Assembly: GCF_902459465.1 (NCBI RefSeq)
Contig: NC_047068.1
Location: 14,756,001-14,820,000, forward strand
Source: Asterias rubens
Lineage: Eukaryota
DNA length: 64,000 bases
Reading direction: 5' to 3'
A model generated the notes under the pieces. That model ran no database searches, was not told the origin of the DNA, and saw only the letters and a program-made list of their open reading frames with translations. Position 1 is the first letter of the stretch; every line of letters starts with the position of its first letter. A program made the translations under genes and the position numbers. Below, in pieces: positions 11,291-24,900 of the stretch.

Positions 11291-13911
11291 TCACCTGGCT
11301 AATTTATCCATTTCTGAGTGTTCGTCTGAATCCCTATTCATCTCCAAAGTTCTCTCATTTGATATCTCTTTATCTTGTCTTAAAGACACCTCTTGAGATG
11401 GTGCTTCAGGGCACCATTTTGGGTCCCTTTCTGGAGTGAAGGGATCAGCAGCAGTTACATCGACCACTTCTGCCTTGGTTGGTATGGTTAGTCTCTGGGA
11501 GTGCAACATCATGCGGTAAGGTTTGACGTCCTTACGGAAGCTGTACGTGAAGTCCCCAACGACTGGGTGTCCGATACTCCAGCAGTGCACACGCAGTTGA
11601 TGCCTTCGTCCTACACAGTGATCAATAAAAATTATAAGAACTCCTGTAGAGAAAGGCTTGGAAGAGAAGACTTTACAATGTCTGCCAGGTGGTACTAAAA
11701 TATTGCAGCCTACACAAATACAACCCAAAAAGTATTCACACACCCCCAACTAGAACACTAGTGCCCATGGAACACTATGACCTATGAAACACCTGCACTT
11801 AGGGCCCATGAGACACTGGTGCCTATAGCTTTTGAAGCACTGCTACTTGGAGCCTACAGAACACTGGTGCTTTTAAATTAGGGCCTATGGAACACTGGCA
11901 CCTAGGGCCTACAAAACATTGGTGCTTAGGGCCTATAGAACAATGGAACTTAGGGCTTTGCAGGACACTGGTGCCTAGGGCCTGTGAAACACTGGTGGTT
12001 AGGGCCAATGAAGTACTGCCACTTAGGGCCTACAGAACACTGGTACTTAGGGCCCATGAAGCACTGGCACCTAGGGCCTATGAAACACTGGTGCTTAGGG
12101 CATATGAAACAATGGCACTTAGGGCTTACAGAACACTGGTGCCTAGGGCCTAAGAAATACTGGTGCTTAGGGCCCATGAAGCACTGGCACTTAGGGCCCA
12201 CAGAAACATGGGTGTTTAGGGCCTATGACCACATGACCACTGGAACTAAGGGCACTACAGAACACTGGTGCCTAGGGTCTATGAAACACTGGTGCTTAGG
12301 GCCTATAATACACTGATGCTTATGGCACTAAAAAACATAATGCTTATGGCCTATTAAACGCTGGTGCTTAGGCTAATGAAACACTAGCGCTAAGGGCCTA
12401 TTAAACACTAGTGCTTAGGGCCAACAGAACATTGGTGCCTATTGCCTATGGAACACCACCTGTGCCCATGAAACAGTGATACCTAGGACCCATGAAACAC
12501 TAGGTCACATCAAATATTGTTGGCTAAGCCCCTTAGTCAGCCCCTACTAGTTACCTGTGACTGGTTTCAGGAGTACTTTACTTGCAGGACTGCCATCATA
12601 CATCCCTCTCTGTATGACAGACAATTCAGTCATGGCTGACAAGATCTTGACCTCAGATTGACCTCGGGGGAGGTCATTGTCCGCAACACACATCATGTGG
12701 GTGAATCCCTCTGCTGGGTTGGGATATACCGGCTTGTCTATCAACAAGAAGTCTGGTTGTACATGACCTCTGACCTTTTTAAAGCACATGGAAAACCATG
12801 GTGTTAGAATAAATGTGAGTTTCTATGAAAAATTACTACAACCCAACACTTAGCAGCTGACTCTCTGTTTACAAAAGTACAATGAGCCATTGTAAAAAAG
12901 ATTGTAAAAGTGTTATTAATTTTAGAGGAGATTCTAAGGACTCATGATTGTCTCACTCATTTACTATGACTCGATCATACTCAATTCATTTGTAAATCTG
13001 AAATAGATGACACTATTCGGCAAAAGTGAAACCGTGGGGTGAAAATCAACTGGGACCTCCCCAGGGCTGTTTTCCATGGGGATATTAGAGATTCAGAGTG
13101 AAATCAGTTGTTCTGCTATGCAACAAAGGGTGATGTAGCAATACAAATCACTATGGCGATGTTGTCAACTAGACGAATCTTAGCGATTTTTGTAATTTGT
13201 TTTAAATTCTAAGTTTTGTGGTTCACTTGAACTATTGTACCATGTATAAAAGGTTAGACTCAGGAAAGATCAAAGCTTGAAAAGGTTGTGGTGGTCATTC
13301 AGTGCACATTATTAATAACTTCTTCCTGCTGATGAAATGTAAGTTTTCCTCACTGCTTACTCACCAGAGCATAGTAGCATTTGTTGACCTCACGTTTCTT
13401 GAACTGTTTCGTGACATTGGCAGATGCTCTTTTGTTTAATGCAACACAAATAGTGCCACTGGTAGAATAATCCAATCGGTGAACAAACCTGGAAGATGTA
13501 ATATAAAACAAATAATAAAATTTGTGATAAAATGAACTTTCTTTCTTGGGGTTTGAAACTTGGATGTAGATCCAACCTTGCAGAGCCTCCCCTCAAACTG
13601 GTAAGAAATGTCCTTATTTCAGCACATGAAACACTGAATGAAAAATCTCACCTAAATTGGTGACAAATGCTTGCATCCACAAGCTCTGGAAACCGATGAG
13701 CAAGTTGAGTGGCCAGCGTTATCTCATCCTGAGGGTCGTTACTATTGATCTTGACATCGTAGTGTTTGTTCACAACGATGTAGTTATTGCTCTTGTAGAG
13801 AACTTCTACATCATCGAGGGTGGCAGCCTTGTTCATACCGAGTAGTCTTCTATGCAGCCATACATTCATCAGGTGTAACTTTGCTACAATACTTTGTAGG
13901 TACTGACGCAT
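11291..13911 (-). CDS. RPUSD1: RluA-family RNA pseudouridine synthase, RPUSD1-like (307 aa)
   Basis: Coding exons 13911-13652, 13488-13365, 12774-12555, 11610-11291 (924 nt, phases consistent, GT/AG). Motifs VVNKHYD, catalytic HRLDYSTSG, LLKPVTGRRHQLRVH, GHPVVGDFTY, PYRMMLH follow the RPUSD1 pattern. Confidence 0.95.
11750..12510. repeat. 24-bp minisatellite (CTTAGGGCCTATGAAACACTGGTG, ~30 copies) filling most of RPUSD1 intron 3
   Basis: Direct periodicity; explains the overlapping 8-aa-repeat ORFs at 11823-12316. Confidence 0.95.
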
Positions 13912-15749
13912 CTTCTTGGTTACAGTGCATCACTTGAATACAGGAAAATAAATAAGTGAATACAAAAAATGGTCAACTTCCTTTTCTTCACTCTTGTCAT
14001 TTTTAAGCATCTTTTCATTCAAAACAGTTAAAGGCACTGGACACTATTGGTAATTACTCAAAATTAGCATAAAACCTTACTTAGTTTTTAGTAAGCTATA
14101 CAGTCATTTGACCAGTTCGGGATCATTGACCGGTTCGGGATCACTTCAACTTTGCAATAACCAAATAATTATATCACTTCGCATTATTACCAATTTCTGT
14201 TGATAAATGTGAAGATTAACAACCATAAAACCAACAAACCCAAAATAAGATGCCAAACATCATCAGCAAATAAATTACGGCCGTTTTCTTGAAGGTTGTC
14301 TGCGAAATTGATCATTTTTTTTTTTTTAAATGTTGGTTGAAAAACACTGTTAAAACTTCTTACCTTTAGAATTGGAGTGCCAGGGCAAAAAATATTAATG
14401 TAAAATGATAAGAATGTGTCAAAAAAAAATTCCTGTAAATACTGTGCAGTCATTTTACTTTTTTGAGGAGACGAAGTTACCAAAATCTTCTTTGGGGGGG
14501 GGGGGGGGGGGGGGGTCACTCAACATCTCATTGCGTCAAATGGTGCCGCAGTAACTTACTAAGTAAGATAAAATCATACTGCTGCAGTAGAAAGTTTATT
14601 GAGTTGATTTTGAGAAACATTACTTCAACAAATTCTTGTAGATTTTTTAAACTTGGAGGGGTCAATAATGCTTTTTAGGTTCGCTTCACTTTTTTATTTG
14701 CCTTTGCTGTTGTTTTGTGGTTTTGTCGCTGGGTTTTTGCGCTGCTATTGAAGACACTTGCACGACATTCACTAAAGGAAGGAAGTCCAAGAACATGCCA
14801 ACACACCCCTGAAGTTTTGTGTCCTTGAGAAACAGTTTTATGAATGGGAGTATCGGTTTGCAATTAAAGTGCACTCTACTGATTCAGAATAGATTGAACT
14901 GATCTTGAACTGGTCAAACAGGTGACGATACTTTTCTCAAAGCCTCTTTGAAAGAACTAATATTTTTTTTGTCAGTGAATACTTAGTGAGTTTTATGTCA
15001 TGTTTAGGTAAACTGATAAACTTTTTTGTTTAAGATATCAAAGAGATTGCAACAAAAAACAATGTGAATTCAAAAAGTGATCCAGAACTGGTCAAACGAT
15101 TGTACTTGTAATTATGTTGAGCTGTAATTGTAAATGGCTCTCTTTTTATCGGTCTCAGACCCTCATCACACCCGACTGTAGTGTATTGAGACCGATGTTA
15201 AAATGCCATATTCTTTTTTCATAGTGTTCTGCTTCAGTGCTTGTAGTTGTTTAATGGTCTATTAATTAAAGAATAAGAATTAACAAGCTCAACAAGAACA
15301 AGGACCAATGTGGGCTAGTTTGTTGTCATGGTTCTTGTCGTCTTGGTTGTGCAGGCAAGTTAACCTTTAATGTTTACCTTGTCAATGACAATGACCCAAC
15401 CCAACATGCCCAATGTCCCACCTTGTAAATATAAAATTAAAATTTGAGTAGGAGGGTCTGCACGTTTATAAATTATAGCCCAGTGGCGGCGGTTTGTGCA
15501 ATAAAGACAAGACAAGACAATATTCAATGACAGACATGTCATGCCTGTCACTGTCAGTGTGGTGGGGTTTCTACAATAACAAATGCGCTTAAAAAACTGC
15601 CAGAATCGATAGTTCTGAAGTGTAAAACTATGACCCTTTTGAGCACATTTTACAGGTTTTAAACTTACTTAGATCATAACGCACTGCAATACTTGACTCT
15701 GCAGCTGTCGAAAGAGACCCCGAAAGAGAGTTTCAAACTTTTGGCCATG

Positions 15750-15820
15750 GAGGCTGCCATCTTGAATTTGACCTATCCATAGAGGGCGCTACACAAATTG
15801 TTTAGAGTAGGGGCGGGGTT
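15750..15820 (-). promoter_or_regulatory. Likely RPUSD1 promoter (YY1-like CAAGATGGC, CTCF-like CCATAGAGGGCGCT, GC box)
   Basis: GCCATCTTG at 15756-15764, GGGGCGGGG at 15810-15818; possible non-coding donor at 15669 and acceptor before 13932. Confidence 0.4.
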
Positions 15821-16145
15821 TGGCTGGTTTTGAAGGGGGAGGGGTTCAGTGAAAAGTGACAACTGCTAAATAAAAGGTTGTTCTTATAATCCCCCACCCT
15901 TTTTGGGTGACGTACAGTACAAATAATTTGTCCGCTTTTTCTGTTGAACATGAGAGAAGATAATTGGGGCTATACTACTTTTTTTTATTAGTGGTGGAGG
16001 CAATTCGTGCAACATTTAAAAAGTTTGTGATTATTGAAATCAAACTTAAACATGAATTAACTAAACTAATATTGGGGAACTAAATTATGCTGATAAACAA
16101 GGAGATAGACGAAGAGCATAATCCTATTTGGTAAAGGTCAACCAT

Positions 16146-16290
16146 CCGATTTCACAAAGCAATAAAATTCATCGCAAGACAATTTTTCAGAATCACCATA
16201 GTAATTTGTATTGTGACATCACCATTTTCATAGCAACTACGATTGATTTGCAGTTAAGATCAATCTTAGATCTTTGTGAAATCGACCCCA
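16146..16290. mobile_element. PIF/Harbinger-type MITE (family G), inverted relative to 34572-34717
   Basis: CCGATTTCACAAAG ... CTTTGTGAAATCGACCC ends; internal sequence is the reverse complement of the 34572 copy. Confidence 0.8.
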
Positions 16291-17174
16291 GGACATTAAA
16301 TATCTTGTTGCACTTAACCATGAAAGAGGAACATTAACCATGGAAGAGGAACATTCTAAAAGAATAGGAAAATACACATGGCTTTCCACCAGCTGTAGAT
16401 TAAAGCAAAAACCAACACTCTATTTCGGAACATATAGATTAATTTATTCAGGATATAAATAATTGTAAATATCACATAAATGAATGGAATCAGATAGATT
16501 TGTATTCATTGCATTACTTTTCATTACATATTTACACAACTTTCTTGAATCTGACTGGAAGGTGGAATATGACAAGATAATTATTAAACAATTCTAAACT
16601 AATACAAATATTCTAATTTAATTGCAAGTAAAACAAAGTTGTCAGTACTGTTTTGTTAAAAGAAGAAAATTGGGTTAGATATAATATGCAGTACTGTAGA
16701 GCTTAGTTCCCCCCCCCCCAAAATAACTTAAATATTTATCTTACAAATACAGCTACCACTGTAATAAAAACTAGTGCTTAATAACCGCAGGAATGCAGGG
16801 TAGTAAGAGATAAAACAGTTGTCACAAGTTTTGATTTGATTTATTAGAAACATTTTCTTACAGAAGTACCGTTTACAAAGAAACTTTGTACATGTATTAT
16901 AACTGTTTGGCAACTTTACCATGCTGGGGATCTGGGGCCAAAATGCCAGCAATTTTTGAGAGCAACATTTAACGGGAAACCCAGATGTTCTGGGCCCAAT
17001 TTCATGGCTCTGCTTACCGTAAGCAAAGAATCACCTCTTACAGGGAAGCAGGGAGTTCCACGCTTCTACGCCAAGCATATTGCACAGGTTATCCGGGAAT
17101 TTAGGCTCGTGCAGCTTTGTACATTTTGTGCATGCCAATCTTTCTACACTAAAAAGAAGTCCATGTAGGTCCCA

Positions 17175-17326
17175 TAGACCTTATCGCAAATACCAATGCG
17201 CAAGCGCAGACTGTTGAATGAGGTGCATTGTGGGATAGATATGGATCAAATTTGGATACCAGCTGGACCACAATGCACCTAATTCCAAGCTTTACGCGCG
17301 CGCCCCGGTATTTGCGAAAAGGTCTA
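17175..17326. mobile_element. Short TIR element with TAGACC termini
   Basis: TAGACCTTATCGCAAATACC ... GGTATTTGCGAAAAGGTCTA; no clear TSD. Confidence 0.7.
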
Positions 17327-18162
17327 TGTCACCAGATAGACAAAATAGTTTGATTCTCTATACCTAAACGAGTGTGAGGGTAACAATGAAGATACCCAGG
17401 CGTTGTTTCCACTTTGCTTTCTTTTTGGAGTTAAAGATAAAGCAGAGTTTGTCGACAGGCATGTAAATGAAGTTTGTTAAAAACACAGGATCATGCCACT
17501 CACAGCAAAGGCACAACGCTGAAGACCCCCAAAGCGAGGAAATCGACTGAAAAGTTGCATGCCGGAAATCAACACGATACACTAAGAGACCACTATTTTA
17601 CACCAAAACATTCAGACTTAAACAAACTAAGGCATGCTCTAAACATTCAAATTGGCCCAATTTTGTTCTTCTAAATCTAGTTGGTTGCTAAATGTAACCA
17701 GCATGAAACGATTCTAGAATCGTCAAACAACTCATTGGTTCAGTTTCACAAAAAATGCAAGATTCATGGTCAGGCCTGATACTTTACAGAGGCAACGAAG
17801 GTGATTGCCTCCGTGCCCCCCGATCAATGCCTTGGTGCCCTGGAAATGCTTCAGTAGAAATTTACAATTTTCTCATGAGGTGCCCTTTACTAAGGAGAAA
17901 ATGCCTTGGTGCCCTTGCCCTTTTAAGAATACAGGCCTGCATGGCACATATTTCGGATCAAGCTTTTAGGTAGTTAAGTAAGGGATGGTGTGTATGGTAC
18001 AATGATAACAGGGTTTGCTCATCTGGAGGTTGCAATTAAAAAGGCTTGACATAGCAACTTTGCCTATAGTCCGAGGAATTGAAATGTAAGTGGTAACTTG
18101 TGCCTAGGCAAGTCAATGTACAAGACTTAATTTAAGTCGCACGTGGCTTATTCAGACATGGC

Positions 18163-18528
18163 TGAAAGGCACTGGACATTATTGGTAATTACTAAAATAA
18201 TTGTTAGCATAAAAACTTACTCGGAAACAAGCATTGGTAGAGCTGTTGATAGTATAAAATGTGGCTCCCTCTGAAGTAACGTAGTTTTTGAGAAAGAGGT
18301 AATTCTTCAATCCAATACTAAAAGACTTCAGGCCTGAATCCTTTCAAGGCCTGAAGCATTGTAGGCATCTGAAAGCCCACAAGTGTGTGCAACAAAGATA
18401 TTTTTTCTTTCATTATTCTCTTGCAACTTCAATGTGTCAAAATTTCCACAGCTTTAATATTTTATGCATATGTTGGGATACACCAAGTGAGAATACCGTC
18501 TTTGACCAAACGTGTCCAGTGCCTTTAA
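18163..18528. mobile_element. MITE family A copy abutting a family B element
   Basis: AGGCACTGGACATTATTGGTAAT ... GTGTCCAGTGCCT-TTAA; the TTAA at 18525-18528 is shared with the next element. Confidence 0.88.
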
Positions 18529-18907
18529 AGGAACACGTTGCCTTGGATCGGTCGAGTTGGTCTATAAAAGGCGTTTGTAACTGTTTGTTATAAAATGTAT
18601 ATGGTTAGAAAGATGTTGTAAAAGTAGAATACAATGATCTATATATACTATATAATATAATATGCCTCGAAATTGCGTGGTTTTCCTTTTATTTTGCAAA
18701 CTAACACGGTCGGCCATTTATCCATAAATGGCCGACCGTGTTAGTTTGCAAAATAAAAGGAAAACCACGAAACTTCGAGGCAAATTTGTGTGGATCATTA
18801 TATTCTACTTTTAAATTATCTATCTTACCATTTCCATTTTATAACAAATGGTTTCAAACGCTTTTCAATGACCAACTCGTCCGATCCAAGGCAACGTGTT
18901 CCTTTAA
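18525..18907. mobile_element. MITE family B, whole-length foldback, TTAA-flanked
   Basis: TIR AGGAACACGTTGCCTTGGATCGG(T/A)CGAGTTGGTC (33/34 match); central palindrome CGGTCGGCCATTTATCCATAAATGGCCGACCG. Confidence 0.93.
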
Positions 18908-18938
18908 GGGTGGCTTATTGATTAAAACGGAGCTACAT

Positions 18939-21900
18939 TCAGCTTGCAGGTGAGATGAGATCTTCCTCCGCCTCGAGAACAGCATCGACCTCCTCCTCCT
19001 CGTCCTCCTCATCATCATCGTTGAACTGATCACTAGTGTCGTAGTTGATGGTGGTGCGCAGGAGATCAACCTCGATGGGGAAGATCTCGGCGACTTTCAT
19101 CTGCTTGTGGCAGTCTTGAAGATAGGTCGCCATGGCCGAAACGAGTCTCTGGAGTTGAAACACAATATCTTGCACTAAAAGAGAAAAGAGAAGTAATATG
19201 AAATGAGAAGTGGATAAATTTGAAACCCAGCATGACAGAAGGATTTTAATGAACTAAACATCATAAATCTAGATTATTGTTTCATGACAATTTCCTGAGA
19301 TGTCAGCGAAAGTACCCAAAACATATTCAATACAATGAATTTATGAACAGTTACTCGGCGGTAAACATCCACATTCCAAAATTTTCAAAGTATCAAATCA
19401 TCCTTCTAAGCCTAAACAAACAATACTATAGGAAGGAAGACGTGCGAGTATACTGTTCAAAATGCCGCGACCAAACCTGCTCTTCTCAGAGCCAACACTT
19501 GCACAAAAGAGATTTACACATGGTTGGACCCGCACGCTTACGATTTATTTATAGTTTCTTCCTATTTCTCCACACCATGCAAAGCTTCAAACAATACTTA
19601 AACAATACTATTTTTGTGCGGGAAAACAAATGATATGTGGGATTTGAGGTATTGCATGGTGACCAAAAGGTGAATAGGACGTAGGGGTTTGTCTGGTTTA
19701 TCGATCTTTCAAATGATGTTAAAAAGTTACTTTATTCGTATCTACTGATCACTAAAAATCAATAGAGAAAAAAAAAAAAAACAATAACTTACCATGTTTC
19801 TGGTCTAGCAGTTCTAGTTTGACCATGACGTCAGATCGCAACTTGGCAAATTTAGCTCGGGCAAGTTGACGGCATCTCAAGATTAACCTGAAGAAGAAAG
19901 ATTAATCTGTTAGAAAAGTATCTAATCTCCCAAGCGATATAAAAAAAACGTGACCATCTTTTGAAATTAAATTGTCAAATGTTAGTTGTAATCAAACGGT
20001 TCCAATAACCATTGATATACTTTGCCTTTGAAATGGACTTCACCATGTACACAGGAAATCAAATTTCACATGACTATGTCAAGACAAAAAAAACAATTTA
20101 TTTTCTGATCACTACCAATCCAATATTTTGTGTTTCATACAGAGCAAATTTTTCTGCAGACAGGTCTACATAAAACCTATCAGCATATTATTAGTTTCTT
20201 ACCTGTATTCATAGTTTCCTGTTTCTACTCTGTAGAGTGGTTCCCCTAGTGTTGCATAAGCGTACTCCTCATCATCCATTTCTTTCACTTTCAAACAATA
20301 TGACTGGAGGGGAGCAATACACGAAAAAAAAATGTTCAACAAGATTTCTTAATTTAGAGTTGACTTTAAAGGCAGTGGACACTATTGGAAATCTCACAAT
20401 AATTATTGGCATAAAACCTTACTTGGTAACGAGTACTGGGGAGAGGTTGATAGTATAAAACATGGTGAAAAACTGCTCCCTCTGTAGTGACGTGGTCTTG
20501 GAGAAAGAAATAATTTTCCACGAATTTGATTTGGAGATCTCAAGTTTAGAACTTGAGGTCTCCAAATCAAGCATCTGAAAGCACACAACTCCGTGTGACA
20601 AGGGTGTTTTATAGTTTCATAGTTATCTCGCAACTCCGACGACCGATCGAGCTCAAATTTTCACAGGTTTGTTATTTTATGCATATGTTTAGATACACTA
20701 AGTGAGAAGACTGGTCTTTGACAATTACCGATAGTGTACACTGTCTTTAAGACAAATTTAAAAAAAAAAAGGCATTTCTCAAACCGCGTCTTGGGCTCTG
20801 GCTCCATGCGCAAACTGATGTTTAAACCACCATCGCGTGCAAAATACACGCTACTCAAAAAATAAGCTTGAAATGCAGTGCTGCGTTTCCACTGTGTTAG
20901 CAACGCAGGGAGCCCAAGTTGGAGATTGAACCCAAACCTGTGACCTCCAGACGTACATTTTTAGTGATTGGTCAGCATGACCAGTCAGCATGACCAGTCA
21001 GCATGACCAGTCAGTTTGTCATATCACTAGTCCATACATGTACTTCGAAAGAAATAAGGATGCTTTTCAACACTGATGAACCAGCCGGACCACTTGAAGA
21101 GAATTTGTACTGGTCCTCGTTAGGGCTCAATTTAATGGCTCTGTTTACCGCCGAATTCTGTGTTTAAGATCATGAAATGCTTGACATAAGTGCGGAACTC
21201 CCTGCTTCTGCAACATCCGATTCTTTGCTTACGGTATTGTAAGCAGAGCCATGAAATTGGACCCAGGTGTTTTAATTAGCATTTGGCCAGTGGACCATTG
21301 TTAGGGGGAAAAGTCTGCTAAACAACTTGGTCACGACACTCCACACATTTATTCATGCACTAGATCTTAAAAACCAGCAGTAAAAAACAAAAAAAACAAA
21401 AAAAAAGATTTACTAAATAAGAGAAGGTTGTACAAACCAGATATTCAAACTTGGCATCGGCGTACTTCTTGATTGTGAGGCGGGTATCTGGAATAGCTTT
21501 GGTGAGGAATGTACCCAAGTCTGTCAGCATCTGGAGAATGATAAAATAGTATTTGGGATTAGAGGCATTGCATGGCGAGGTATCAATATACATATGGTTT
21601 ACGGTAACACCATGTGTGTATCTACTTGCTGGATAAATTATGTCCTTTTCAGAAACTTGTCTTGCTCTGTATTCTACTACCGCGTAGTAGGTTTGCGAAA
21701 TAAGGGAGACTTTACAGTTCTAAAAAGACCTGTCCTGTTTTTTAACATCTACCTGGGCAGAAGGTAGAAATCAGCCGGGACTACTTCTTTTGCTTTAGTG
21801 GATCTAGGGGACTTCTCGTTATTAACTTCACTGCCGCAGAGTGAGTTCTTAAAATAGTCAAAATACTGGAAATCTGAAAGTCTATAGGAACACTTTTTAA

Positions 21901-24900
21901 GGAGCACCAAGGCCAAGACCAGGGGCAGCAGAGGCCATTGTAGCCATTTCTGTGTAAATCCAAGCCTGTTAAGCAGAGCTCTATGAACTGGGCCCATTCT
22001 CTGTGATGTTCAGACTCACTGGTTTGACTGTTCTCAACAGACGGATGCCAAACTTCTCCATATTCCGGTGGGCTTCAGCAAACACTGTAAACGCCTCGCT
22101 AGCCTTTGGCTGAGGTTCTCTAGCTCCGATAACAGAAAAGACTTCTCCAAAGGCTAGAAGTGAAACACAGAAACACTCATGAGGAATAACTAAAGATTCA
22201 AAATATAGCACATCACTGTACGTGGTTTTTGAAAGAGTAATTTCGTTTTAAAGTTGTAGTTTTCGAGAGACCAATTACAAAAAGGAAAAACTGTTGTTGA
22301 CAGGATTTATTTTTGTTTCTGTACAAGTCATAATACAAGTCTAACTGATTTTAATTTTGGATTGAACAAAGACAAGTTTACTAGAGGGGGACTTTCGGAT
22401 TAACGTGCAAGAACTCTTTGAAATGAGTTATCGAACTCTTGTGTCTCCCCATTTTGTCAATATCTTTGTTCCGGGGTGCCAGTCAGAATTAAGCCATACA
22501 ACCTGTAAATGCACATGGCCACGGATCATATCAAAGTTTAAGAACCTGGGAAGCGACAGCAGAGGGATCAATTTAAAAGGGAATGCCACTTTTTATTTCA
22601 AATATCAAGGGAAATTATGTGCATTTTGAACAAGTATTTCTCAATTTGAAAAGAAACCAAACTTACATTTGTGTGTCTGAGAGAGGTCATAGAACGCCTT
22701 AAGCATCTTCTTAGCATGTTCCATAAGACCCTTGTACATCACTGATGTTCCTTGGAGTTCATCCATCTTTTTTATCAACACGTCTGCAACAAGTTAGAGA
22801 AACATAACAATTTAATGACTAAGTAAGGAAGGGGTCTATATCAGAAGTGCAGAATCCATTGTATGGTCAGTAACAACTCAACTTTAAACCCCCTAAATCT
22901 GGGTGTTTCTACTTTCGCAGCTTTCGAAACAAAGGTGGTATTAACATGGGGGTTTAACAGCATTAAAGCATAGAAATGCTTTTTTCAAAACTCTTTAAAA
23001 TATTTGCTCTCCTTGCACTTACCATAACACTTAGGTCTATTATAGCATTTTCAAATACCTTTTAGCTATTTGGTTAATTTAGGTTTTACCCATATACACC
23101 GATGTCTGTCAGTACTTTCCCAAGTCCTTTTCTTTGTATAAACTTCTTTGTTTCGGTTTCTTTTCCTCTCCAGCGCCTCAGATTAGTTTTCTAGATAGAT
23201 GGCGCTATATAACTGCTTATTATTATTTATATTATTATTAATCTGTGAACAAATCACCTGTACGCATATTCCTTGGTGGGATTCAAAACCACAACCTTTG
23301 CAATTCTAGAGCAGTGTCTTACTAACTAGACCACTGAACTTGTCTGGGTTGCTAGAGGCAGTTTGAATCATTTTAGCATCGGGTACCGCAACGCTTTAAT
23401 AGATTGATATTTGCATTGGGGATAAGAAATGTTGTTGGTGTTACCCATATACACCGTCGTGTGCTAGCACTGTATACTCAGTACCTTCCTGAGCTCAGTG
23501 AAAAAAATCTATAAAAGCTATTTTGTTCTTCCTTACCATTGCACAAGATGGCTCTGCTAAGACCCAGGGCGTCGGCGGTAGATGAGCTCATATTCTCCAC
23601 CATACGATGCTTGGCCTTCTTCAAGACGATGTCCAAACTTTTGCCCTGTTTAGGATCTGCATGCAGCTTGTTATAGTTGATTATCACTTCAGACTTTGGA
23701 GAAGAAAATGAAGAAAAAAAACCGGAAAAACTAAGAAAATCATGATCAAATGATTCTAAAATTACTCCATAATGGGGAGATTGCGTAATTCCAAAGAGCT
23801 GCGTATTATGCAGAACATATTTTGTGGCAGTTTTCTGCAAAGGCCAAACAAAATTTATGTTTGTGCTTATGGTAACGGTCTGAGAAAAAAATCAAGGTAT
23901 GTCGAAGGGAAACAATTTTATTTTGCTCATTACTAAGGACCCAAATAGAAATAAGTCTGAGTTATTGGCTTTTTGAGTTATCCTTGGATAAGTTTGTGCA
24001 GTATTTCTATCTTGTGTTCTATTTTGGTTTATCTTATTTCATTGTCTTTTTTCCTGTTGTATTTTTGGCATGTTCTTGCTGTATTTTTATCCTAATAAAA
24101 TCAATCAATCAATCAACCAATCATTTTTTAAGTCAGTATAAGTCGTTGAGCAAGGTGATGCAAAGCTCCTCCTAGAACCACGAGTAGACTTGGTCAGACA
24201 ATAGGCCTAACAGGTAATGGAAGAATTAGAACAACAGTTTGCCACCATTTTATCTGAAAATGGAATTATAAAACTATTCAAACCGGGCTTGATACTTGGC
24301 CCTTGGAGAAAAGTAGGAAATCTAAAAAAATGACAACCCACTTTTGTTGTAGCCTGAGCGACACCGACTTGTGAAAACCTCTTTGGAATTATTCGCTCTT
24401 AAAATAATTATTAAGATCAATAAGATGTTTGTCATACACATTTTAAATATTTGTTTTTGCTTAAAAATTAACTGATGCTTTTAAATAAAAACCAATTTAC
24501 ATGTAGCGGCAAATAGACAAACGGAAATCTACCAGGGCGATAAGAAGAGGTGTTACATAATGCACTTTTTCGTGCCGTTATATGACAGCTTGAACAAATT
24601 AGTGATCAGCACACAGTGGAAGGACGCTTGTCCTTCCTCATCAAGTATATCAAGTTTGATCATTTCAGATTGTAATATTGTACCTGGTTTCAGCTACGAC
24701 TGAGGTGCCAATTTACAACCACATCATCACTGCCTGAACAAAGACGCGTCTTCTCTGAGGTTGTGGTGCTCAGTCTGATGACAAACAAACAGGACGCCGC
24801 GGTGCATGTGGATGCATTCACTGGACTTAGACATTTCAGTTAGACAGTCTTACACCACAAGAAGCTTTGATTGAGCTATCCTCACGACATGCAGTCTCAC

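Noticed and set aside
11590-11612. RPUSD1 motif GRRHQLR instead of GRTHQLR as a sign of inactivity
   Set aside because: This position varies among RluA/RsuA-family synthases, and the catalytic HRLD Asp is intact.
11823-12316. W/C/H-rich 8-aa repeat ORFs on both strands
   Set aside because: Follow from a 24-bp (multiple of 3) minisatellite inside a canonical RPUSD1 intron.
14494-14515. G22 run and other poly-G/C tracts (e.g. ~6705, ~36720, ~57601) as G-quadruplex elements
   Set aside because: Common throughout this window with no positional pattern; homopolymer lengths are also unreliable.
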